From: a virus
Length of the DNA: 64,000 bases
Strand: one strand, 5' to 3'
Virus record (IMG/VR): IMGVR_UViG_3300012036_000004
Span: 37,736-101,735 of that record
The position numbers and the translations under genes are program-made. A model generated the notes under the pieces. The model ran no database searches. It saw only the letters and a list, made by a program, of their open reading frames with translations, and was not told the origin of the DNA. Below, piece after piece: positions 1-8,309 of this stretch (position 1 is its first letter; each line of letters begins with the position of its first letter).

Positions 1-3000
1 TCGGTTCTTCACTTTCTTGCGGGCGTCTGCTGCGCGGTGCCCTGACTGGACCAGTCCTTTGACGAGGAAAGGTTCGTACATCTTCCAGGCCATCTCCTCA
101 GGCATACCGACCTCGTCCATGTTCAGGTTGAGATCCGGAGCAATGGTTGCGCGGCCCGACAGGTCCTGACGTCGCTTCATCATGCGCGACTGGAAGTACC
201 CATGCTTCGGCGAGCCGGTGCCTGTGATTTGCTGAAGATGCCCCTTCGTTCCTCGCCCCTGGTTCTGCGGAGACACGGGGTCATTGAAGCCGAACAAAGC
301 ACCGACCGAGTCGTGCAGGTGTTTGCGTCGCTTCTTCCGATCGTCATCGGTGTCGAGCTCCTCGGGCGTCTCGGTAATGGACTCGTTTGCCAGCATCACG
401 TCTCGGTACAGGTAGTTTGCATCCGAGATGAGCATGGTCCCGTCGCTCGTGGGCATGATGGGGCGAATCGTCGGAGGCACGACCGGTACCTTCGACAGCA
501 CATAGGCGTCGCCCGCGGTCAGGTCTTCTTTGAGCAGAGCGTCGATGTACTTGATGCGCTTGACGGCATCGTCGAGCGTCGCGCCTCGAGCCGTTTTAAT
601 CTCCTGCTTCAGCTTCCGGCGTTCGCTCTTCAGGTCGATCTCGTTGAGCTTCTTTTTGACCTCAGACGCCCCCTTGTCATCTCGGAATGCGCGGAATTCA
701 TTCTTCGTCATCCCCAGCATCCGACGGGCCGGGTCTTCGAACACCGGATTCACCACCGGCTCCGCCAGGTTAATCTTGGAGTACTTCGTGCCGGTCAGTC
801 CGCCTGTCAGCGCGGGGTCAAACAGCCCTCCCTCCTCAGGCTGGAGCTGTGTAACGCCCTGGCGTTTCCGCGGCGTCACGAGCAGTGCGTTCTTCACTTC
901 GGTCTTTGCCATCGAGTCGATGTCGCGGTCGGTGAGCGGGGCCAGGCTGTGTCGTGAACCCTTCTTGTTCACTTTGATGCCTGCTCCGTGCAGCATGTGA
1001 TTGAACTTCTCGTAAGCGAAGTTCTCGCTCGGCATCGGAGCTGGAAGACCCAGTTGAATGCGGCGCCAGTACTCGTCGTTACGCTGTCCTTTAACGACCG
1101 CAGCCTCCTGCAGCACGTTTCGAGCGTTGTGCGCAAGGAGTGCGTTGAACTCCATCTTGCCCAGGGACTTCGCCCCCTCGTCACCGCCTTTGGTGGGCTG
1201 CATGTTGGAGTCGTACCCGGGGCCAATACCGCGAGCAGCGAAGTTGGTGTCGGTCGACTTGAACAGTTTGTAGGTGTACTGCCTCCCCACGTGGATGCCT
1301 GGGATTTTCTTTCCCGACATCGGGTCGTACACGGTTTCCTTGTCCTTGAGTCCGTTGTCCTTGAGTAGCTTCTTCGCCCACTTCACGTTGTCGTGGTCGG
1401 CGAACTGATCGATGATGACTGGCTTGCCTGTCTTTTCAGCGACCTTGCCGACCGCCGTCTCGAGAATCTGACTGGGGTTGATTCGAGTGATCACGCCTGC
1501 AGACGTCATCAACACGTCGATCGGCTTGCCGGCCTCGTCTTTCACCATCTGGTCGTCCGGGACGATCTTAGACACCACGCCTTTGTTCCCGTAACGCCCG
1601 GCCATTTTGTCCCCTACACCCATTGGCGCGTCCATCTTCACCGTGACGGTGATTTGTTTGTTGGTGACTGCGACGTCAATCACGGTGCCGGGATGGTCGT
1701 GATCCCACGTAATGGCCGCGTCCCGGTAAGGCTTCACCAGTGACTTGTGCAAGTTCCCCAGCATCTGCTGCTGGGCAGATGCCTGATCTTTTCGGATCGC
1801 AGAGATGAGGAGCTCACCGTGGTCCACCTGCTGGCCCTTCTTGATGATTCCCTTGGAGTCGAGCCGTTCGTACTCCGGACGCGAGTAGCGCGAGCCGAAG
1901 TAGGCCCGGTGCTTGTCCTTGTCTGTGGAGACCCCCTGGTCCAGCGACAGCGTCTCTTTGTACATGTGCCTCGAAGTCAGCTTCTTGGACGCAGACTCCG
2001 AGATCACGACAGCGTCGTTGGAGTTGTAACCGTAGTAGGGCATGTATCCCACCGACAGATTCTTCCCCAGAGCAAGCGTTCCGTTGCGAGTGAAGTTGGT
2101 CTCCGCCAGGGCCTGCCCCTGTTGGACTCGCTGGCCTTTCTTCACGTTGACGTCGTCGTGCATGTACGTCTTGGACATCAAGGGGAAGTCCGTAGCGTAA
2201 GGCACCTTGACGAGATCGTCTGTCTTGGCCGCGGCGGTCTTCATCCATGCAGAAAGGGATTTTTCCTGAGGCCCTTCAGCGCTTCGCTTGGAGCGATCAG
2301 GTCGGATGTAGATGTAGTCTTTGTCGATCTTCTCCACAGTGCCAGCGGTCGGCGACATGGGAACGATGAGCTCACCCATCTGTTTCTCGACAGTCTTCTC
2401 CGGGTCCCACGACCGAATTTGTACATAAGGCTCGTCTCGATCAATGAGCGGCAACGCCTGGGTGTGCATCTTGGACCCCATGATGTTTCGGTTGCCCTGC
2501 GCGCTGTTCAAAAACGGCACGAGATTCGTCGTCGGGCTGTACATCCGGGAGGGGTCGGGGACTTCATAGTCCACCTCCGAAGAGTTTACTGAGTAAACCT
2601 GTCCGTTCTTCAGTGCGTCGATCTTCTTGCGCCCGCCCAGCTTCTGGTTCGGGAACGCGACGGTTTTCTCCATCAGCTTCGACGCCTTCACGTACTCGAG
2701 TTTCCCGTTCTTGGTGTTGCGCATCTGGGCGTACATGTTTCCTTCGTCGTCACGCCGAGCGAACATCGAAGTTCGCACATCGATGCCTGCTTTCCCTGAT
2801 TCGGGCGTTCGCACCGGGTCAAGGATACCCAGATGGGAGTGATGCACGTCTCGAGCTTCGTCTGGTACGGCCAAAGTCGACGAAATACCCCCCTCACCTA
2901 GCGAGGTGACTTTAACGGCATGATCAACGATCTCCATCGGATTTATCTGCATCGGCGTCGCAGTGAGTGCGGACGTCGTCACAAAAGAGTGGAGGGATTT

Positions 3001-4011
3001 CGTGAAAGGAGACGACGGCATGATGTCCGAGACCTTCGGATTGTCCCCGGCCTTCCGAAGACGCATCTTGACCTTTCGAGAGATGTCTGGCGCTGCGTCT
3101 TTCTCAACTCGTTCCTTCAAAAACGACTCAACCGTGTGGATGGTCTTGAACGCAGTCGAGTCTCGATCGTCCTGCTCCTCTTTGTCGTTGTAGACGTTCA
3201 GAATCTTCTGACTGGCTCGCAGAAGCGTCTTGGGTTCGACCTTAGAGAACTTCTGACCCAGCGTGATGTTGGTGACCTCCGGATCGAGCTGCGTACGGTC
3301 GTACGAGTCCCGGATCGCCTCCAACATCTCCTGGTGATTCGGGTTGTCCTCCTGCAGAAAGCTTGGAATGAGCTTTTTGTAGAGCTTTCGGACGTACCGA
3401 GCTTCCTTGCCGGCGGCGTACTTCTTGTTGAGTTGAAGTACGTCCTTGCCCCAATACTTGGTGATCTCTGTATCCCGCACCCCCAGGGCTGACAGGGCCC
3501 CGTAGAGCGGAATCTTGCTTGAGCCGTACTCCATGAAGATGAGACCGCGGTCTGGGTCGAGCGACAACCGGAAGTTACGTCCCTTGGCGAGGTTGAATGC
3601 GGACTCGAGCTCTCCGTTGCCGCGCTGCCGTGTGTAGACCCCGGGCTTGATTCGAACCTGGTTGGAGACGGTGTAGTCATTGCCCTTCATGATGAAGGTG
3701 TGCCGCTCTGTGAAGTACGGGATCTGCGCCAGAGTTCGCTTGCTCGTATCCAGTATCTTACCCGTCTTCTTGTCACGAACAACGACCGTACCCTTCATCG
3801 GCTCGACCAAGGTCTTGCCCTCCAGGATGGCTTTCTTCTGCTCGGAGGGAGAGAACACTTTGTTCGTCGGTTCGACGTCCTGAATCTCCACAATGTGCTT
3901 ATCTGTCTCGACCCGAAAGTCCTGAATCCCCTTCCTGACGTGGTCTCGAATCATCTCACGCCGTTCTTCAGCGCGCCCCATCAGGGGATAGAGTGTTGGG
4001 TTTTTCGCCAC
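1..4011 (-). CDS. rpoBC: DNA-directed RNA polymerase, fused beta-beta' subunit (3' end truncated by window edge)
   Basis: Absent from the ORF track because it runs off the window. GTG at 4011 follows GGAGG. Beta motifs translated by hand: IPYFTERHTFIMKGNDYTVSNQ, RDVHHSHLGILDPVRTPE, NRNIMGSKMHTQALP, GYNSNDAVVISE, GDKMAGRYGNKGVVSKI, GAKSLGKMEFNAL. Beta' motifs follow in the same frame: GGLFDP, VPVVPPTIRP, SDANYLYRDV, KRRQDLSGRATI, GMPEEMAWKMYEPF. Confidence 0.93.
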   Translation of the reverse strand, partial: MAKNPTLYPLMGRAEERREMIRDHVRKGIQDFRVETDKHIVEIQDVEPTNKVFSPSEQKKAILEGKTLVEPMKGTVVVRDKKTGKILDTSKRTLAQIPYFTERHTFIMKGNDYTVSNQVRIKPGVYTRQRGNGELESAFNLAKGRNFRLSLDPDRGLIFMEYGSSKIPLYGALSALGVRDTEITKYWGKDVLQLNKKYAAGKEARYVRKLYKKLIPSFLQEDNPNHQEMLEAIRDSYDRTQLDPEVTNITLGQKFSKVEPKTLLRASQKILNVYNDKEEQDDRDSTAFKTIHTVESFLKERVEKDAAPDISRKVKMRLRKAGDNPKVSDIMPSSPFTKSLHSFVTTSALTATPMQINPMEIVDHAVKVTSLGEGGISSTLAVPDEARDVHHSHLGILDPVRTPESGKAGIDVRTSMFARRDDEGNMYAQMRNTKNGKLEYVKASKLMEKTVAFPNQKLGGRKKIDALKNGQVYSVNSSEVDYEVPDPSRMYSPTTNLVPFLNSAQGNRNIMGSKMHTQALPLIDRDEPYVQIRSWDPEKTVEKQMGELIVPMSPTAGTVEKIDKDYIYIRPDRSKRSAEGPQEKSLSAWMKTAAAKTDDLVKVPYATDFPLMSKTYMHDDVNVKKGQRVQQGQALAETNFTRNGTLALGKNLSVGYMPYYGYNSNDAVVISESASKKLTSRHMYKETLSLDQGVSTDKDKHRAYFGSRYSRPEYERLDSKGIIKKGQQVDHGELLISAIRKDQASAQQQMLGNLHKSLVKPYRDAAITWDHDHPGTVIDVAVTNKQITVTVKMDAPMGVGDKMAGRYGNKGVVSKIVPDDQMVKDEAGKPIDVLMTSAGVITRINPSQILETAVGKVAEKTGKPVIIDQFADHDNVKWAKKLLKDNGLKDKETVYDPMSGKKIPGIHVGRQYTYKLFKSTDTNFAARGIGPGYDSNMQPTKGGDEGAKSLGKMEFNALLAHNARNVLQEAAVVKGQRNDEYWRRIQLGLPAPMPSENFAYEKFNHMLHGAGIKVNKKGSRHSLAPLTDRDIDSMAKTEVKNALLVTPRKRQGVTQLQPEEGGLFDPALTGGLTGTKYSKINLAEPVVNPVFEDPARRMLGMTKNEFRAFRDDKGASEVKKKLNEIDLKSERRKLKQEIKTARGATLDDAVKRIKYIDALLKEDLTAGDAYVLSKVPVVPPTIRPIMPTSDGTMLISDANYLYRDVMLANESITETPEELDTDDDRKKRRKHLHDSVGALFGFNDPVSPQNQGRGTKGHLQQITGTGSPKHGYFQSRMMKRRQDLSGRATIAPDLNLNMDEVGMPEEMAWKMYEPFLVKGLVQSGHRAADARKKVKNR

Positions 4012-4034
4012 GTGGCCTCCTGGGAAGTTCCGCC

Positions 4035-4040
4035 ATTATA
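4035..4040 (-). promoter_or_regulatory. Candidate -10 element (TATAAT) upstream of the RNAP gene
   Basis: Minus strand reads TGCGTATAAT 24 nt before the GTG start; no canonical -35 seen. Confidence 0.45.
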
Positions 4041-4099
4041 CGCAGTACTACCGCGCATTCCAGCGCCGGAAAACGATCAAAAATCCACCCCCTCGATGC

Positions 4100-4131
4100 G
4101 GTATAAGATATTGATACAGAAAACACGCTCT
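4100..4131 (+). promoter_or_regulatory. Duplicated promoter/leader element, copy 1
   Basis: GGTATAAGATATTGATACAGAAAACACGCTCT is 29/32 identical to 4479-4510 and lies 93 nt before the ATG at 4193. Confidence 0.6.
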
Positions 4132-4192
4132 CGACGACACTGCAATCCTGCAGCGAACTCTCCCATAAGAGCGTACGGAACAGGGAAAACAC

Positions 4193-4369
4193 ATGGAACA
4201 TCTCGACCAGCCGCAGACGAAGCCGAAATCGACCTTCAACAAGGTCGTGGATGGTGTTCTCAAAGGCGCGAAGATTGGCGCCGGAGTCTGGCTGGCGACC
4301 AGCATTGTGAAGCGAGACTGGATGGGGGCATTCAATGCCGTCACCGCGCTCGTCGTGCTCAGGGACTAG
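4193..4369 (+). CDS. Small hypothetical (possibly membrane) protein, 58 aa
   Basis: MEHLDQPQTKPKSTFNKVVDGVLKGAKIGAGVWLATSIVKRDWMGAFNAVTALVVLRD*; purine-rich RBS; below the ORF-track cutoff. Confidence 0.6.
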   Translation: MEHLDQPQTKPKSTFNKVVDGVLKGAKIGAGVWLATSIVKRDWMGAFNAVTALVVLRD

Positions 4370-4391
4370 GGTCTCTAAGCACGTCATTTCA

Positions 4392-4478
4392 CCCAAAAAC
4401 CCCCTATATCGGGGGTTATTTTTTGCCCTAAAAAGGGCCCAAAAACCCCCTAAAATCACAAATATAGGGGTCTTTTTT
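4392..4478. repeat. AT-rich homopolymer region with direct and inverted repeats
   Basis: CCCAAAAACCCCCT occurs twice, with complementary GGGGG/TTTTTT tracts. Confidence 0.55.
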
Positions 4479-4510
4479 GGTATAAGATATTGACACGAAA
4501 AACACGCTCT
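4479..4510 (+). promoter_or_regulatory. Duplicated promoter/leader element, copy 2
   Basis: GGTATAAGATATTGACACGAAAAACACGCTCT; extended -10-like TGnTATAAG; 94 nt before the ATG at 4573. Confidence 0.6.
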
Positions 4511-4572
4511 GACAACTACATCAATTCTGATGGAACGTCTCCCATGAGTGTGTATCAGACAAAGGTAAAACT

Positions 4573-5613
4573 ATGTCAGTCGCAATCAACGTACTCTCAT
4601 CGCTCTTCAGCAGTTCCACGCTCGCCTCGGCGGCGTGGAGTGGATTAAGTACACCGGTTCAGGCGGCCATCGCCTTGGCCGGAATCGGCAGCGCTGGGTG
4701 CACCGCCCACTCCGTGGGCAAAAGAACCATCCTTTCGGTAGCGAACTACCGAAAGAACGGTGCAAAGGTGTTCCTCCCGTGTGGAAACACCGGGAGGGTC
4801 AGCAAAGTCGGCTTCGATTTCATCGAGGCCATCCGAGACCATGACGACACCATCGTCACGGTCCGCGGAGACGACCTCGAGAATCTCCGAGACGCCGAAT
4901 TCAAGCGTGATCCCGAGGCCGGAGCAAAGGCCCGGGAGCGCGTACAGGCACTCAGGTCGAAGACGATCGGAGAACGCCGAAACGAGCGTCTGGGTCAAGA
5001 CGATCGTCAGCTGTCGGACGTCAAGTACGACAACATCCAGCTCACCGGCGAGCTGGGGGCTGCGAAGCAGGTGATGAAAGACCAGCGCGCCAAGTTCGAG
5101 GCGCGTTTCGAGAATTTCCGCGAGGAAATCTTCGGGCAGATGGACGCTGTGACTCCTGAGGACGACGAAGAGGTCGTTCTCGACCTCGGAGACGAGGAAT
5201 CGGACGCTAAGCCCTCAAACGAGGGCGACGCCTCCTCACCCGAGGAAGGTGCTGACGAGTCCCCCACCCAGGAGGACGAAGTCAACGAGAGCACTCCGGC
5301 TCTCAAGTCCGACGCCATCAAGGCGAAGGTCAAAGCGGCTGCCGCCGTCGCTGAATCTGCTGACGAGGCCGTAGAGGCCGCGGAAGCGGAGTTGGATGAA
5401 GCACTCGAGGAAGCGGTCGCGACTGCGGCCGCGTCGGATGAGTCGGACGAGTCGGAAGACTCGGACGAGTCCAGCGAGTCCACGGAGGACTCGGAGAACA
5501 AGGCCAATGCGGCCGCGTCGGATGAGTCGAAAGGCTCAGAAGACAGCGACCCCGCTTCGGCGGAGGTCGCACCGTCGGGAAAGCAACAGGCGAAGGGGGA
5601 GGCGACGGCGTAG
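4573..5613 (+). CDS. Hypothetical protein, hydrophobic N-terminus and very acidic low-complexity C-terminus
   Basis: 346-aa ORF with RBS; D/E/S/A-rich tail. Confidence 0.7.
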   Translation: MSVAINVLSSLFSSSTLASAAWSGLSTPVQAAIALAGIGSAGCTAHSVGKRTILSVANYRKNGAKVFLPCGNTGRVSKVGFDFIEAIRDHDDTIVTVRGDDLENLRDAEFKRDPEAGAKARERVQALRSKTIGERRNERLGQDDRQLSDVKYDNIQLTGELGAAKQVMKDQRAKFEARFENFREEIFGQMDAVTPEDDEEVVLDLGDEESDAKPSNEGDASSPEEGADESPTQEDEVNESTPALKSDAIKAKVKAAAAVAESADEAVEAAEAELDEALEEAVATAAASDESDESEDSDESSESTEDSENKANAAASDESKGSEDSDPASAEVAPSGKQQAKGEATA

Positions 5614-5759
5614 CGTCGAAACCCTCTCCAAAGCCGACCCCGGCCAAGGCGAGACCCTCGCGAAAGCGGGGGAATCGCTGGGAGATCCCCAGAGATGTCC
5701 GAAAGGGCATCGCACTCGCAAACGCGTATGCGGATGCGAAAGGGGACGCCGCCGCAGCG

Positions 5760-6077
5760 GTGGCTGGGCGTGAGTACATGATGTACTACGCCCAGCGCCT
5801 GGTCAAAACGAAGCGTAACCTCGCGGTTGCGCAGCGTTTCGACGCCCACAACCCAGGTTGGACGTGGCCTGCCAATTATGGCAAGGCTACGGGGCGTACC
5901 AAGCTCCTGGAATTCCTCTACGGGGAACTGGCGGACGTCATGCAAGACGTTCAGAAGTTTCTCGACGAGTATGCGAATCGAGTCGCGCCACTTCCTGCAC
6001 GGCGCTACCGACGCTACTCGGATAACGAGTCGCGCGTCACCCTCGGTGAAGGCGCAAAGAAGTCGTCCTTAAAATAA
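5760..6077 (+). CDS. Hypothetical protein
   Basis: 105-aa ORF ending just before a terminator; start uncertain. Confidence 0.55.
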   Translation: MAGREYMMYYAQRLVKTKRNLAVAQRFDAHNPGWTWPANYGKATGRTKLLEFLYGELADVMQDVQKFLDEYANRVAPLPARRYRRYSDNESRVTLGEGAKKSSLK

Positions 6078-6109
6078 GCCCTGTCCCTGCGTGGGACAGG
6101 GGCAGGCAC

Positions 6110-6140
6110 GACGCCCCCGACTCTGGGGGCGTCTTTTTTT
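6110..6140 (+). terminator. Rho-independent terminator
   Basis: GACGCCCCC-gactct-GGGGGCGTC followed by T7. Confidence 0.85.
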
Positions 6141-6142
6141 GA

Positions 6143-6559
6143 TCACTCAGGTTTGGTGACGTGCGCCACCTCGTCGGTGCCGTCCATGTCCTCGTCGGGC
6201 ATCTCGCCGTCGCGGTAGAACTCAGGTCCGGCCTTCTTCTTTTTAGGTGTCACATCCAGCCAGGACACGGTGACCACCGTGAGCCCGTCCTTGTCATGCG
6301 ACCACCGTTCTTCTCGGATCATCTTCGTGCCTCGACACGCCTCTGTCATGAGCGTCTCGAGCTCTTTGACTTGACTGTCTTTGGTGAGGTCGAACATTTT
6401 GTAACGCGCCGAGACGTGGTTGTTCTGGGTGAACGACGAGGCTGATCCCGCAGGGCCTCCCTGTCCGGGGTAGGTCGTACCTCCACCCTGGCGTCGTCGC
6501 GAGGGTCCGCGCCCTTGCATAACATCGTGCGATACTTTGCTGACGAAATCGTCTCCCAT
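6143..6559 (-). CDS. Hypothetical protein coupled to portal
   Basis: 138-aa ORF starting immediately after the portal stop. Confidence 0.7.
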   Translation of the reverse strand: MGDDFVSKVSHDVMQGRGPSRRRQGGGTTYPGQGGPAGSASSFTQNNHVSARYKMFDLTKDSQVKELETLMTEACRGTKMIREERWSHDKDGLTVVTVSWLDVTPKKKKAGPEFYRDGEMPDEDMDGTDEVAHVTKPE

Positions 6560-8281
6560 TTAGCTCACCATCTCCTGCGCTGCGTTTCGTTCCTGCAGCT
6601 GAATCTCTTCGAGTCGTTGAATGACGACGGAGTACATGACGTAGTCTTCGGCCTGTAGCGAAGAGAGCACCGAACGGCGCTGTCCTTCGTCGATCTGGCT
6701 GAGCTCCATCGCCATCTGATCGGCCTCGGCGATGACGGCCTGCTGATCGTACTCGAGACCTGTCGATCCTGCAGAAGCCTCGGCCTGCGCCTGGTCTGCG
6801 AGCGTCGACTGCAGCTCTTCCATCTTTCGGCTGAGCTTCGCCTGTCGTCGCGTCTGCTCGAGCATCTCCTGTTCTTTTTGCTCGATCTCGTCGTCGTAAT
6901 CGAGGTCGAGAATCTCCGATACGGTGCGTCGCGACACCAGGTCGTACTGCGCGTCCGCCTGCATGATGAGAGACTTCTGCTGAATATCGTCGATGAACTT
7001 GAAGTTCGTGATATCCGCCGAAACTTTCGCCCATCCGAGGTAGTCTGCAATCGAGTCGCAGATCCACTGTAGCAGGTCTCTGAGGTCAGCTGAGTGCGAC
7101 AACAGCTGATTCTCCAGCATCCGTAATGTGACCGAACTTCCGGTAAAAGAGAGTCCCCCATATAGGAACTCCCGAGGCACGCCCAGACCGGCGATGATGT
7201 TGTTCTCGACTTCCTGCACCTCTCCGAGCGTCAAGAGCGTGCGGCCCTGTCCGCCCATCTGCGTGACGCCCAGCGCAACCGGGGCGAACATGATATGGAG
7301 CGGGTCTTTTCGCCACTGCTTGATGTTCTGCTTGGTCTCGTCAATCCACTGCGCAAAGGCCAGTGTTTTGACGGGGTCGTTACTGCTCCCCGTCTGGGCG
7401 GGGTGAAGTACACGGAACGGCGTGAGGTGATCGAGTGCAATCGCTTCGTTCGACCTCCGCATGACCTCCGCGTAGTAGAACTGCTTCATCACCGAGATCA
7501 CTGATGGATAGCCCAGTGCTCCTCCAAGCCCCGCCGGTACGTCGCCTTTGAGGTGAAAGATTTTCGTGGGGTCGAAATGGAAAACCTGGTCGTCGTCCGC
7601 GGCTTCCAGGAACGCTTTCGGCGTCCCGTCGATCATGTGCCGATCTCCGTCCTTGATGGCGCTTCTCAGTTCCGCCGGGAGATCATAGTAATACTCAGTG
7701 TTGCCTGTGATGGGGTTGTGTTCGACGTCGATGTGTTTGGGGTCCCAGCAGATGACGTTCATGCGCTTGGGGTCATACACCTTGACGTCGCGCACCTCGC
7801 TCAGACGCGTCGTCGACGACGCCTTGCACTGCATGCAGTTGTACTTGAACGTTCGCTTCTTGTAGTCGAACTTGTAGTCTTTGATGCGCCGAATGTCCCA
7901 CATCATCCCGCAGCCTTTGCACGGGACGATGCGTTTGAACGGGAAGTACAGAGAGTAAAAAGCGTTCCCGTACAGGGTGCGGTTCTTGGACGCACCCTTC
8001 AGCACCACCTTCGCCCGAAGAGTCTCGAGCACAATCTCGGAGTACTTCGTTCGGAGCGACTCGGACTCCGTCTTGAACGTGATGTCCGTGATGACGTAGT
8101 CAGCGAGTTTTTGAAGAGCGATGAAAATGTGGGGGGAGTTGTAGTAAATATACTCCGTCCACCGGTACATATCCTTCAACTTCCGAGGGACGAAGCCCGT
8201 CAGAAAATTGAACATCGGGTTCGGATGCGCATTCGACTGCCCGAGAATGTCGAAAGGCTCTCTGCTGATATCACCACTCAT
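6560..8281 (-). CDS. Phage portal protein with Zn-ribbon-like insertion
   Basis: 573 aa; portal-like segments (YYNSPHIFIALQKL, LYGNAF, IFHLK, IIAGLGVPREFL), coiled-coil C-terminus, CKGC...CMQC insert. Confidence 0.7.
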   Translation of the reverse strand: MSGDISREPFDILGQSNAHPNPMFNFLTGFVPRKLKDMYRWTEYIYYNSPHIFIALQKLADYVITDITFKTESESLRTKYSEIVLETLRAKVVLKGASKNRTLYGNAFYSLYFPFKRIVPCKGCGMMWDIRRIKDYKFDYKKRTFKYNCMQCKASSTTRLSEVRDVKVYDPKRMNVICWDPKHIDVEHNPITGNTEYYYDLPAELRSAIKDGDRHMIDGTPKAFLEAADDDQVFHFDPTKIFHLKGDVPAGLGGALGYPSVISVMKQFYYAEVMRRSNEAIALDHLTPFRVLHPAQTGSSNDPVKTLAFAQWIDETKQNIKQWRKDPLHIMFAPVALGVTQMGGQGRTLLTLGEVQEVENNIIAGLGVPREFLYGGLSFTGSSVTLRMLENQLLSHSADLRDLLQWICDSIADYLGWAKVSADITNFKFIDDIQQKSLIMQADAQYDLVSRRTVSEILDLDYDDEIEQKEQEMLEQTRRQAKLSRKMEELQSTLADQAQAEASAGSTGLEYDQQAVIAEADQMAMELSQIDEGQRRSVLSSLQAEDYVMYSVVIQRLEEIQLQERNAAQEMVS

Positions 8282-8309
8282 CCGAACTCCACATCCTCAA
8301 AAGGCACCT

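Noticed and set aside
202-3900. Plus-strand ORFs listed over the RNAP gene (and similar long shadow ORFs such as 23667-25595 and 30841-32010)
   Set aside because: They are antisense shadows of well-supported genes in GC-rich DNA and carry no recognisable motifs.
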